Notes under the pieces: model-generated
What the model saw: the letters and a program-made list of their open reading frames with translations, nothing else
Told to the model about the DNA's origin: nothing
The model's database searches: none
Shown: one piece after another, positions 9,252 to 18,922 of the stretch
Layout: every line of letters starts with the position of its first letter
Numbering within the stretch: position 1 is the stretch's first letter
Source of the DNA: Xylanibacter ruminicola 23
GTDB taxonomy: Bacteria; Bacteroidota; Bacteroidia; Bacteroidales; Bacteroidaceae
Length of the DNA: 32,000 nt
Direction: 5' to 3'
Assembly (NCBI RefSeq): GCF_000025925.1
Contig: NC_014033.1
Location: 2,940,001 to 2,972,000, forward strand
Position numbers and translations under genes: made by a program

Positions 9252-11201
9252 TTAATTTCTGTAAGCAGGGTTCTGATAAGCAGTCTTCTCCTCCTCGGTC
9301 ATCTCCATACCATCGAGCTGTCCCTGTGGGATAGGACGGATATAGTAACCAGCAGGAATATCACGCTTAACTGTCTGCAGATCCTTATCGGTGTAACCAG
9401 CACCTGCGATGCGGTATGTACCGGCACGCTCACCCCACTTCTGTGTACGAACGAGGTCGAACCAACGATATCCCTCACCCCAGAACTCACGGCTACGCTC
9501 GTCGAGGATAAAGTCGATAGTGATAGTAGCAGGAGTAGCAGCTACCATTTCAGCGCTCTTATCTACAGATACAGCCTTGTCGTCGTTCTGGCTATAGGTC
9601 TGCTTACCGGCACGGGCACGGAGCACGTTAACCAATTTCTTAGCCTCCTCGTTCTTGCCGAGTTTAACAGCAGCCTCAGCACCAAGCAGGTAGAGCTCAG
9701 AGAACTTAGCAACGTTCCAAGGACGTGGGCTACCACCATTAACCTTTGAACCCAGACCACCATCGTTATCAGTACGATAGATACCAATCTTCCAGTTGAT
9801 GGGGTACTTCTTACGGCTGATGTGGTTAACAGCAACTACGAAGTCAGGACGACCTGCCATCTCACCGAAACCGAGCTTACCATCGGCACCAGTGTAGTTA
9901 ATCTTGCTGTCCTCGCTCTCAGGAACCCAGCTGAAGTAAACCTCGTTTGGATATACCTTCTCGCCATTAGCACCGATTACGTAAGGCTCAGTGTTACCAC
10001 TCTTCTGCCAGTTGGTGTGATAGCGCAGGGTGAAGGTTGCATCGTAACGTGAGTCGATAGCCTTAACAGCATCTTCCCAAACACCACCTTCCATGAAGTT
10101 GTCGGCGATAGGAGCCATACGGGTCCAAGGACGACCGAGGGCCTGAACAGCCTCACGCTGGATTGGGTTGATAGTGTTACCAGAAGCGGCCTTGGCAATC
10201 ATCTCAGTGTAGTTCCAGGTCTCCATCCAGTAAGCGAAGTTCTCAGGAGAACCACCGCTACCCCAACCGTAACCAGCACCACCGTTACCATATTTCTCGT
10301 CCTCGTCGTGATCAGCATAGAGCATGATCTCAGAGTTGCGGTCGTTGGTAGCAACGTTTACATCATAGAATGTAGGCTGCAGAGCGTATGGGCCAGGATT
10401 GTTGATGGCAGCCATAGCGGTATCGTAAGCCTTCTGGAAGTAGCTGTTAGCCTGGCTGGCATCACGGCTACACTCTGGGAAGGTAGGAATGTTGTTAGGA
10501 TTCTCCAACCACCAAGCGTAGGTCAGATAAGCCTTTGAGAGATACAGACGAGCCAGGTTCTTGGTAGCAGTACCTGTGAGACGTGGGTTATCGGGCAGAT
10601 CGTTAACAGCCTTCTCAAGGTCGCTGAAGATAGCAGCATAAACCTCAGGAACGGTGTTACGTACAGAGGTACGAACGGTAGAAGTGTTGAACTTCAGTTC
10701 GCCAGCACCCAGATCGAGGGGCACACCACCGTAGGTCTGCACCAGGATGAAGTAGTCGAATGCACGGAAGAAGTGAGCCTCGGCGAGCAGAGCTGGATCG
10801 ATACCAGCCTCAGCACCATTCTCGATAATACCGCTGGCGGTATTGATGTTTGCAAACAGGGTACCCCATGCGCCACCAGCAACGGTGCTTGAAGGAGTAA
10901 CAGAACCTACACCTGAGAGGTCGGCATCCTTAAAGTTACCATCGGCACTCTGTGCGTATGTGTACTCATCGGTACCTGTCTCGAGGGTGTTCAGGTAGTA
11001 ACCGTTGCCATAGAAATAGCGCAGGTGAGCGTAGAGCGATGTCAGACCGCCCTCAATACCCGCCTTCGTATTGAAGAAGGTTGGGTCGAACTGGCTACGG
11101 GGCTGCTCATCGAGCACGTTATTGCAGGATGTCATGGTTGTAGAAAGACCACAGCATACGAGACCCGCAGCAAGAATATATTTGATACTTTTAGTTTTCA
11201 T
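9252..11201 (-). CDS. SusD/RagB-family nutrient-binding outer-membrane lipoprotein
   Basis: 649 aa with a lipoprotein signal (GLSTTMTSC|NNV). Its start lies 24 nt downstream of the SusC stop on the same strand. Confidence 0.9.
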   Translation of the reverse strand: MKTKSIKYILAAGLVCCGLSTTMTSCNNVLDEQPRSQFDPTFFNTKAGIEGGLTSLYAHLRYFYGNGYYLNTLETGTDEYTYAQSADGNFKDADLSGVGSVTPSSTVAGGAWGTLFANINTASGIIENGAEAGIDPALLAEAHFFRAFDYFILVQTYGGVPLDLGAGELKFNTSTVRTSVRNTVPEVYAAIFSDLEKAVNDLPDNPRLTGTATKNLARLYLSKAYLTYAWWLENPNNIPTFPECSRDASQANSYFQKAYDTAMAAINNPGPYALQPTFYDVNVATNDRNSEIMLYADHDEDEKYGNGGAGYGWGSGGSPENFAYWMETWNYTEMIAKAASGNTINPIQREAVQALGRPWTRMAPIADNFMEGGVWEDAVKAIDSRYDATFTLRYHTNWQKSGNTEPYVIGANGEKVYPNEVYFSWVPESEDSKINYTGADGKLGFGEMAGRPDFVVAVNHISRKKYPINWKIGIYRTDNDGGLGSKVNGGSPRPWNVAKFSELYLLGAEAAVKLGKNEEAKKLVNVLRARAGKQTYSQNDDKAVSVDKSAEMVAATPATITIDFILDERSREFWGEGYRWFDLVRTQKWGERAGTYRIAGAGYTDKDLQTVKRDIPAGYYIRPIPQGQLDGMEMTEEEKTAYQNPAYRN

Positions 11202-11225
11202 AACTCTTAATTCTTTAATGATTCA

Positions 11226-14200
11226 TTAGAATGTTACATTAACACCGAAGATGAAGTTGCGGGTAGCAGGTGTGTTATAACCTACGATAGGCATCCTGTG
11301 ACTACCGAATGAGTAACCTACAGCCGTATTCTCGTTTGACCAAGAGTTGGTCTCTGGATCAAGTCCGCTCTCGTTGTTGTATGGCGAGAAGAGAACGAAT
11401 GGGTTCTGAACGGTAGCGTACAGGCGCAGACGGCTGATACCAAGATCCTTAACAGCCTGCAGCTTGTCGAAGTTGTAACCCAGTGTGATGGTGCGGAACT
11501 TCAGGTAACCAGCATTGAAGTAACCCAGTGTAGAACCGTACTTGGGGTTATCACTACTCATGATACCACCTGGTTTTGGATACTTAGCACCAGTGTTGTT
11601 CTCAGTCCAGTAGTCAACGTCGAGGTTGTTACGACGACCAGAGAGCATATTCAGGTAACCGTTAGAAGAGTGGATGGCAGAAATCAACTTACCACCAATC
11701 TGGAACGAACCGATAACGGTCAGGTCGAAGTTCTTGTAACCAATAGTAGTATTGAAACCACCAACGAGATCGGGCTCCATGCTCATGATCTGACGGTCGT
11801 CAGGACCAATCTGGCGTGTAGGCAGTCCGTTGGCATCATAGTCGCCAGTGTATTTAACCTTAATCATACCAGCGTTACCACCTGGCTCCAGGATGTTCAT
11901 TGCAGCCTCTTCGCCCTTCTGCCACAGACCTACATATTCATAGTCGTAGATAACATCGATAGGATGTCCAACGAACCAGAGGTTACCCTCGTCTTTACCA
12001 TCAGGATCATTTGTAGCCAGCTTGGTCAGCTTGTTACGGTTCTGGTAGAAGTTGATACCAGCCTCCCAGTTCCAACCATTCTTGTTGTCGATGATGATAC
12101 CGTTCAGAGAGAACTCCCAACCCTTATTCTCGGTGTTACCGATGTTACCAGTATAGCTGCTTACACCTGATGTATCAGGCAGCTTAACGTTCAGCAGGAT
12201 ATCGTTGGTTTTCTGAGTATAGTACTCGAACGATCCAGACAGACGACCATTGAAGAATGAGAAGTCGAGACCGAAGTTCCAAGTCTTAGAGTACTCCCAT
12301 CCCAGCTCTGGGTTAGGCAGAGAGTTTACATAGTAACCTGACTTATAAGTAGAACCGAAGTTGTAGTTACGTGTAGCCAGTCCACCAAGAGTAGAGTAAG
12401 GATTAATACTCTGGTTAGAAGTCTCACCATAACCTACGCGAAGCTTCAGGTTGTCGATCCACTTGAGGTTCTCCATGAAGTTTTCACGAGCGATGTTCCA
12501 ACCGGCACTTACTGCAGGATATGTGTGCCACTGATGACCCTTAGCCAGACGTGAAGAAGCATCTGAACGGAGGGCGGCTGAAATCATATACTTATTATCA
12601 TAAGAATACATCACACGTCCCATCCAAGAAACGAGACCGCTCTGCCAGTAGTTGTAACCAGTGAGGTTAGCCTGACCTGTAGCCTTGTCGAGTGCATAGT
12701 ACTGGAAGTAGTCGGCAGGAATCTCCTGAGCCGAAGCACCAGTCTGCTCGTAAGTAGTCTGCTCGGCAGAGTACATAGCAACAACGTTCAGGTTGTGCTT
12801 CTCGGCGAATGTGCGGTCGTAGGTCAGCAGGTTCTCAACAGCCCAGTTACGTGTCTGGTTCTCGTAGATAGAACCGCTGTTAACAGCATTGGCATCCTTG
12901 TTGTTGATACCAGTACCTGTGAAGCTACCGCTCTTAGAGCTGCGGAAGTTCAGACCTACGTTAATACGATAGGTAAGACCCTCGATCCAAGGGCACTTCA
13001 ACTCAGCGAACAGCGTGTTGTAAGTACCGATACCCTTGTTCTCGCTCATCCAAACATCCTTGTCACGCTCAACAGTCTCCTTAGTAACCACAATCTGGTC
13101 GTCGGCAGGCAGAGCATTGTAACGCTTCAGGTTACCGTTCTCATCGTATGGGCTTGACAGAGGAGATGAACCCAGTACAGCGTACATATTGTTCACACCC
13201 TGAGTTTTGCGATAGCTGTTGTTGGTGCTCAAGCCGAAACGGAACCACTTACCAATCTTCTGGTCGAAGTTACCACGAACAGAGATACGGTCGTAACCCT
13301 CGGTAGGAACAACCGACTCGTCCTTATAGTAACCAGCACCGAAGCTGAAGCTACCACCATTGGTACCACCAGAAACACTCAGGTCGTGGTTGTGGCTGAT
13401 ACCAGTCTGATAGTACAGATCCTGCCAGTCGGTGTTAGTGCTTTCGCTCTCGTCGAGTGAGTTCTGGTAGATACCAGCATACTGACGCATCTTAGAGAAC
13501 GTAGGTCCGTCCATCATAGGATACTTGTGGAATACTTTCTTGAAGCTTACATATCCATTATATGTAACCTTAGCAGGTGCTCCCTGTGTACCCTTAACGG
13601 TTGTGATGATGATAACACCGTTAGCACCACGCGAACCGTAGATAGCGGTAGCAGAAGCATCCTTCAGGATATCCATCGACTTAATATCGGTTGGGTTGAT
13701 ATCCGACAGCTGACCCATGAATGGAATACCATCGAGCACAATCAGAGGGTCGTTACTTGCAGTCAGTGAGCGCTGACCACGAATACGAATCTGCATCTCA
13801 GCACCTGGCTTAGAAGATGTCTGTGTCATCAAAACACCAGCTACACGACCCTGCAGAGCCTGAGCGGCGTTAGTAGCTGCAACCTGGTTAAGTTTCTCAC
13901 CACCAATGTTTGCAACAGAACCGGTAACGGCCTCACGACGCTGGGTACCGTAACCGATAACAACAACCTCGTTTACAACGTGGCCGTCTTCCTTAAGATT
14001 GATTTTTAAGTTATCGCCGGCCTTAACCTCCTGCGATACGTAGCCTACATATGATACAACGATTGTTGCACCTGGCTTTACATTAAGAGTGAAGAAGCCG
14101 TTGAAATCGGTAACGGTACCATTATTAGTACCCTTCTCCATAACCGTGGCACCAATCAGCGGACCCTGTGAGTCAGCTACATAACCGGTTGCCTGCTTCG

Positions 14201-14312
14201 TTTGCTGTACGGAAGCTACTGCTGCGGTAGCTGCCGAAGCCTGCTGTACAGGAGCCATGCCTAAAAAGCACAATCCTGCAACTAAGGCTGTTTTCTTTGC
14301 TTTGAAACTCAT
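11226..14312 (-). CDS. SusC/RagA-family TonB-dependent outer-membrane transporter (full length)
   Basis: 1028 aa. It has a signal peptide, a carboxypeptidase-regulatory-like N-domain (GYVADSQGPLIGATVMEKGTNNGTVTDFNGFFTL), a plug (IQIRIRGQRSL, DPLIVLDGIPF) and a barrel ending in FIFGVNVTF. Confidence 0.95.
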   Translation of the reverse strand: MSFKAKKTALVAGLCFLGMAPVQQASAATAAVASVQQTKQATGYVADSQGPLIGATVMEKGTNNGTVTDFNGFFTLNVKPGATIVVSYVGYVSQEVKAGDNLKINLKEDGHVVNEVVVIGYGTQRREAVTGSVANIGGEKLNQVAATNAAQALQGRVAGVLMTQTSSKPGAEMQIRIRGQRSLTASNDPLIVLDGIPFMGQLSDINPTDIKSMDILKDASATAIYGSRGANGVIIITTVKGTQGAPAKVTYNGYVSFKKVFHKYPMMDGPTFSKMRQYAGIYQNSLDESESTNTDWQDLYYQTGISHNHDLSVSGGTNGGSFSFGAGYYKDESVVPTEGYDRISVRGNFDQKIGKWFRFGLSTNNSYRKTQGVNNMYAVLGSSPLSSPYDENGNLKRYNALPADDQIVVTKETVERDKDVWMSENKGIGTYNTLFAELKCPWIEGLTYRINVGLNFRSSKSGSFTGTGINNKDANAVNSGSIYENQTRNWAVENLLTYDRTFAEKHNLNVVAMYSAEQTTYEQTGASAQEIPADYFQYYALDKATGQANLTGYNYWQSGLVSWMGRVMYSYDNKYMISAALRSDASSRLAKGHQWHTYPAVSAGWNIARENFMENLKWIDNLKLRVGYGETSNQSINPYSTLGGLATRNYNFGSTYKSGYYVNSLPNPELGWEYSKTWNFGLDFSFFNGRLSGSFEYYTQKTNDILLNVKLPDTSGVSSYTGNIGNTENKGWEFSLNGIIIDNKNGWNWEAGINFYQNRNKLTKLATNDPDGKDEGNLWFVGHPIDVIYDYEYVGLWQKGEEAAMNILEPGGNAGMIKVKYTGDYDANGLPTRQIGPDDRQIMSMEPDLVGGFNTTIGYKNFDLTVIGSFQIGGKLISAIHSSNGYLNMLSGRRNNLDVDYWTENNTGAKYPKPGGIMSSDNPKYGSTLGYFNAGYLKFRTITLGYNFDKLQAVKDLGISRLRLYATVQNPFVLFSPYNNESGLDPETNSWSNENTAVGYSFGSHRMPIVGYNTPATRNFIFGVNVTF

Positions 14313-14353
14313 ACGTTTGGTTTGTTAGTTAAAATTTAATTAATTGAATAAAA

Positions 14354-14391
14354 GAAAAAAATCTGCCGCAAAGATAGGCAGATTCTTTTTT
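14354..14391 (-). terminator. Rho-independent terminator of the HTCS gene
   Basis: AATCTGCC (14360-14367) pairs with GGCAGATT (14377-14384) in an 8-bp stem with a 9-nt loop. An A-run lies on one side and a T-run on the other, so on the minus strand the hairpin is followed by TTTTTTCTTTT. Confidence 0.6.
14369..14376 (-). promoter_or_regulatory. -7 promoter box (TATCTTTG on the minus strand) for susC, located in the loop of the HTCS terminator
   Basis: Plus-strand CAAAGATA is minus-strand TATCTTTG. It lies 57 nt upstream of the susC start (14312). Confidence 0.45.
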
Positions 14392-14431
14392 AGAGGCTTT
14401 AACGTATGTTGCGTTTCGTTTCACTTTTGTC

Positions 14432-17400
14432 TCAACCGGGATTTTTTAGCCCTTTTTGCTCGATATATTCGGTTGGAGACACTCCAAACTGCTTACGGAA
14501 CACCGTTGAAAAGTGTGCTAAGTTACTAAATCCAACTGAATATGCAACCTGTGTAACATTGATTTTTTGCTCCTCGAGCAATCGTACGGCTTGCTCCAAA
14601 CGAATGTTTCTGATAAACTCGCTGACGGGGATACCGGTGAGTTCCTTCATTTTTCGATGCAACTGGGCGCGACTGATACCAACACCCTTGGCCAGCATCT
14701 CAACACTAAAGTCGTTATCGTCCAAATGTTCGTTCACTTCTTTCAGCACACGTTCCATCAGCAGCTCGTCGTTACCCTTAATAGGTTTCTCCTCAATCTT
14801 ATCCTTGGGCTGTTGCAAACCCGAGTATTTACCCTTCAGTCGCAGGTTGGTGCTAATCAGGTTATTGATCACCATGTGCAACTCGTCCATATCAAACGGT
14901 TTGGCCAGGAAGGCGTCGGCACCTTTCTCCAAGCCCTCCAGACGGTTGGCCACAGCAGCCTTCGAGGTAAGCATCACTACTGGGATATGATTCAGGTTCA
15001 TATTGGTCTTAATCATTCGCAGCAGCGTAAAGCCGTCCATCTCGGGCATCATCACATCGCTCACCACCAGGTCGAACTGCTTCTCGGATTCAGAAAGCAG
15101 CAGGCGCAGGGCCTCACGACCGCTGGTTACGGGGGTGATATGATAGTAGCAGCCCAACTCCTGAGCGATATAGCGACCTATCTCCTCATCGTCGTCAACA
15201 ATCAGTACCTGATAGCTATACTGCGAGCGCTGGCGTGTTGTCTTCTCTTTCTCCTCAACCTTCAGCAGCTCTTCTTCCTTCAGATGTTCACAGCCCAAAG
15301 GCAGGTGAACGGTGAACACACTTCCCTGCTCGTCGCTGCGATTGGCGGCCTCGATAGTGCCGTGATGCATCTCAACCACCATCTTGCACAGGTTCAGACC
15401 GATACCTGTACCCTCGATATGCATGCTGCGCGAGCTGGCACCCTGATAGAAACGGTCGAAGAGCTTGCGTGGGTCGCCCTTGATGCCCATACCATTATCA
15501 ACCACCTGCAGGATAGCTGTCTGCGTATCGGTATCCTGGGATACACACACCTCAATCTCACCACCATCGTAGGTGTACTTGAAGGCGTTCGAGAGCAGAT
15601 TGTCGACCACCTTATCGATGGCCTTACGATCGAACCACACACTGAGTTTATCGAGCGTAGGTGCATAACGGAAGTTGATATGACGCTCGTTGGCAGTATA
15701 TTCGTACGACTTGAGCAGGTTGCCAACATACTGCACCATATCGGTTTCCTGGCATTGCAGCTTCATCTGCTGGCGGTCCATCTTACGGATATCAAGTATC
15801 TGGTTCACCAGATTCTGCACGCGCTGGGCGTTATGCTCGATGGTCTTCAGCTCGTTGGTTACCTCTGGGTCGAAGTCGCGCTTCAGCAGTTTGTGCAGCG
15901 GACTCATGATGAGCGTCAGTGGCGAGCGGATATCGTGGGTGGCGTTGATGAGGAACTTCATCTTATCCTCGTCCAACTCCTGGCGACGACGACGAACATA
16001 GCCCCAAACCAAGGTGCCAAGTGTCAGCAGTCCTATACATATATATATAATGTACGCCCACGAGGATCTGTACCAAGGTGCATGCACAATAATGTGGTAG
16101 ATCTCGGTATCAGAATATATACCGTTGTCGTAGGCTCTCACCTCGAGGATATACGAACCGGGCTGCAGGTGGGTAAACGATACCACGTTACGACCTACTT
16201 CGGTTTGTCCCCACTCGCGGTTGCCGTTCAATCGGTACTCGTAAATCACGTTCTCGGCATTGGCAAAGTTGAGCGACGAGAACTCCAACGCAAAGGTGTT
16301 GTCGATGAAATCGAGCTCGATGCGCTTGGTGCTGGGACGTGCTACACCGCCTACATAGATGCCTGTAAGCAGCACTTTGCCTATTTCGGAATTCTTTATC
16401 TGCAGGTCGGCAGGATTAAACGAGGTGATACCATCGCTGAAGCCGAACCAGATGCGACCATCGTGGGTGCGCATAGCTGTACCGCTGACATACTCACGAC
16501 TGGCCAGACCATTACCGTAAAGATAGCTCACAAACTGCTGGTCGGCATGTTTGTACTGCCAAAGTCCCATGGTAGTACTGATCCATAAGTCGCCAGCCTG
16601 ATCCTGGATGATACCGTTCACCACCTTGTTGCTCAGCACTTCGGCATCGGGGAACGGTTTGGCTTTTTTCTCCTTTTCATCGTAATAATACAAACCGGAA
16701 TAGGTGCCAAACAGTATCTTGTGGTCGTGGGTTTCGCAGACTGATTCGATGGTGTTATAATCAAGCAGCACCTCCCAGCCGTACGAACGGAAGCTGTCTT
16801 CGGCAGGGTCGTAGCAGTTAATACCCGAAGCCGAACAAATCCAGAGCTTACCACGACTGTCAACCAGCAGTTCTCTGATCCAGTCGTTATGCAGTCGACC
16901 TTTCGGTCCGTCGCCATCGTACATACTGAAATGGCGCAATTCATCGGTATTGGTATCGTACGAAAAGAAACCCGCCGAATAAACCGAGAAGAAGAGTTTG
17001 CCCTTTCCATCGTCGGTAATCGAGTTAACAAAGCCGCTCTTGAACGATGTCTTAAGCTGATACTGTCCGGTAAGAGGGTTGTAGGCATAAAGCCCTGCGT
17101 TGGTACCAAGCCAATAACGGCCCATTCCATCGCGGTATATCACATACGTACCATCGGGCGAGGCTGGATGAGCCACCAAGCGACCCGCAGCATCAAATCC
17201 GAATACACCGTTATTCTGTACAGCACACCAGGTCATACCGTTGTCGCCAGCACAGATAGAACTGAGCGAACCGCCTGTACTCAGGTGCTGATCGATGAAC
17301 TTCCACGAACGGAAAGGCGACTGGTGCTGGGGAATGAGCAGCAGACCGCGACTCTGACAACCAATCCACAGGTTCTCCTGATTATCCTCGAACAGCGCCC

Positions 17401-18286
17401 AGATAGTAGCTGTGTTCAAATCCAACGAGGCATTCTGGAACTCATAGCGGCGCATACGTCGCTCGCCACGAGGCACCCACCACAGACCATCGCCCATGGT
17501 GCCGATATACAGGTTGCCAGCCTTGTCGCACTTGGCGGTACGCAACACCAAGTCCTTACCACGCATCTCGCCTGGGTCGATATAATCGGATGTCAGCTGT
17601 CCGTTGCGATAGTAAAGCAGTCCGTGATTGCACACTATCAGCACACCGCCCTCGTAACCTACAAAACCGGTTACCATACCGTAAGGCGACAGCAGCTCCT
17701 CGATCTTACCTTTGGGCGAACGGCGGATAATGGAATTACCATGACCCGATTTCCAGAAATAGCCCTTTTGATCGATAAAAATATAACTAAAATAGTTTTT
17801 ATCTGCCTTGGCGTAGCCCTCAACACGCTGCGAGTTGTTGTTGCGGGTATCTACTCTGAAGAGTCCGTAACCGGCAGTACCAATCAGCAGGTGGTTGGCA
17901 TCTTCCTGAATGATGGCATTGATACGAGGTGTGCTGGTGGCACCTTTCATCTCAACCGAGATAAACTGGTTGGTAACAGGATCGAAGCGGTCGAGACCCA
18001 ACTGGGTACCCACCCAGAGAGTGCCGTTCACATCCTCGAACAGATACGATATCACATTGCTGCTCACGGTATTGGGGTTACCTTTCTCGTGCAGATAGTT
18101 GGTAAAACGGTAACCGTCGTATTTGTTCAAACCATACTCGGTACCAATCCAGATGTAGCCGTCCTTATCCTGGCATATCTGGGTTATCTGGTTACTCGAC
18201 AGTTTCTCTGACGTGTAGAAGTGCGATTGACCAGAACTTAGTAGTGTAAATGTTGATAGTAATGTAAGTAGTAGATAACGGAACAT
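14432..18286 (-). CDS. Hybrid two-component system sensor histidine kinase/response regulator with AraC-type DNA-binding domain (PUL regulator)
   Basis: 1284 aa. Reading N to C: signal peptide; periplasmic beta-propeller repeats (repeated WIGT/WVGT/LWI motifs); TM segment WAYIIYICIGLLTLGTLVWGYV; H-box NATHDIRSPLT; HATPase (VVDNGMGI, GTGIGL); receiver (DLVVSDVMMPEMDG); C-terminal HTH_AraC (GFSNLAHFSTVFRKQFGVSPTEY). Confidence 0.95.
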   Translation of the reverse strand: MFRYLLLTLLSTFTLLSSGQSHFYTSEKLSSNQITQICQDKDGYIWIGTEYGLNKYDGYRFTNYLHEKGNPNTVSSNVISYLFEDVNGTLWVGTQLGLDRFDPVTNQFISVEMKGATSTPRINAIIQEDANHLLIGTAGYGLFRVDTRNNNSQRVEGYAKADKNYFSYIFIDQKGYFWKSGHGNSIIRRSPKGKIEELLSPYGMVTGFVGYEGGVLIVCNHGLLYYRNGQLTSDYIDPGEMRGKDLVLRTAKCDKAGNLYIGTMGDGLWWVPRGERRMRRYEFQNASLDLNTATIWALFEDNQENLWIGCQSRGLLLIPQHQSPFRSWKFIDQHLSTGGSLSSICAGDNGMTWCAVQNNGVFGFDAAGRLVAHPASPDGTYVIYRDGMGRYWLGTNAGLYAYNPLTGQYQLKTSFKSGFVNSITDDGKGKLFFSVYSAGFFSYDTNTDELRHFSMYDGDGPKGRLHNDWIRELLVDSRGKLWICSASGINCYDPAEDSFRSYGWEVLLDYNTIESVCETHDHKILFGTYSGLYYYDEKEKKAKPFPDAEVLSNKVVNGIIQDQAGDLWISTTMGLWQYKHADQQFVSYLYGNGLASREYVSGTAMRTHDGRIWFGFSDGITSFNPADLQIKNSEIGKVLLTGIYVGGVARPSTKRIELDFIDNTFALEFSSLNFANAENVIYEYRLNGNREWGQTEVGRNVVSFTHLQPGSYILEVRAYDNGIYSDTEIYHIIVHAPWYRSSWAYIIYICIGLLTLGTLVWGYVRRRRQELDEDKMKFLINATHDIRSPLTLIMSPLHKLLKRDFDPEVTNELKTIEHNAQRVQNLVNQILDIRKMDRQQMKLQCQETDMVQYVGNLLKSYEYTANERHINFRYAPTLDKLSVWFDRKAIDKVVDNLLSNAFKYTYDGGEIEVCVSQDTDTQTAILQVVDNGMGIKGDPRKLFDRFYQGASSRSMHIEGTGIGLNLCKMVVEMHHGTIEAANRSDEQGSVFTVHLPLGCEHLKEEELLKVEEKEKTTRQRSQYSYQVLIVDDDEEIGRYIAQELGCYYHITPVTSGREALRLLLSESEKQFDLVVSDVMMPEMDGFTLLRMIKTNMNLNHIPVVMLTSKAAVANRLEGLEKGADAFLAKPFDMDELHMVINNLISTNLRLKGKYSGLQQPKDKIEEKPIKGNDELLMERVLKEVNEHLDDNDFSVEMLAKGVGISRAQLHRKMKELTGIPVSEFIRNIRLEQAVRLLEEQKINVTQVAYSVGFSNLAHFSTVFRKQFGVSPTEYIEQKGLKNPG

Positions 18287-18310
18287 TGTTTTAAAATTGA
18301 GGTTTACAAG

Positions 18311-18913
18311 TTATAAATAGTATATGCTTTCGGGCCCCATGTTAAATAGCAGGTCTAACACCGACAGATTGGGCAGGAACCCATGTTTCTGGGCGTACAC
18401 CTGATAATAGGGCTTAGGCGAGAAATCGGCATCGGGTGCCGGATGCTTAGGGTTGATGGCTGAACGGTAGTCAGTCAGATCTATTGGTTCGGGGATGAAC
18501 TCAGTGGTTCGGGCCACTTGGGGCTGAATATCGATGAGTTCGCACATTTTCTGGCTGATGGCCTCGTTAAAATCTACCAGGTAGTCCCATCGCTGCTCAA
18601 AGAACGGGCGGATGTCGTCCTGGTAATACTCAAAGAAAGGCGATTCGCCATAAGCGCTCTGCAGGGCCATCCAGTGCAGATGGCGCCAGTTGCCATGATC
18701 GCTGATGCGGATATCCTTGATAAGAGGCGATGTGCCACGTTCAACGGGCACGGTAAGGGCTTGCACACCATTGGTGGTGGCTATCAGGCAGCGGTTGCGA
18801 TAGGTCTGCTTCAGGAAACTCTCCCACTGTTCAATCAGCACAGTGTCAGCCCGATGCAGCTTCTGATACCACTGCACCGGGCCGAAATAGGTTGTACTGA
18901 GCAAAACCTGCAT
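18311..18913 (-). CDS. WbqC-like family protein
   Basis: 200 aa. The N-terminus (LLSTTYFGPVQWYQKL) and overall length resemble the WbqC-like family. It follows lepB, as is common in Bacteroidales. Confidence 0.65.
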   Translation of the reverse strand: MQVLLSTTYFGPVQWYQKLHRADTVLIEQWESFLKQTYRNRCLIATTNGVQALTVPVERGTSPLIKDIRISDHGNWRHLHWMALQSAYGESPFFEYYQDDIRPFFEQRWDYLVDFNEAISQKMCELIDIQPQVARTTEFIPEPIDLTDYRSAINPKHPAPDADFSPKPYYQVYAQKHGFLPNLSVLDLLFNMGPESIYYL

Positions 18914-18922
18914 GGTTCTACC

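Noticed and set aside
11670-12170. 166-aa and other 60-200-aa ORFs nested in or antisense to the SusC, SusD, GH105 and heparinase-like genes (e.g. 3885-4496, 5024-5644, 8454-8891)
   Set aside because: All overlap much longer ORFs that have clear family signatures, and none has a recognisable domain.
14567-16588. 673-aa ORF on the plus strand
   Set aside because: It lies entirely antisense to the well-supported HTCS gene. It has low-complexity L/V/H/Q-rich composition and no recognisable motifs. This is a typical shadow ORF of a codon-biased gene.
16889-18211. 440-aa ORF on the plus strand
   Set aside because: It is antisense to the HTCS periplasmic domain and shows no motifs. Shadow ORF.
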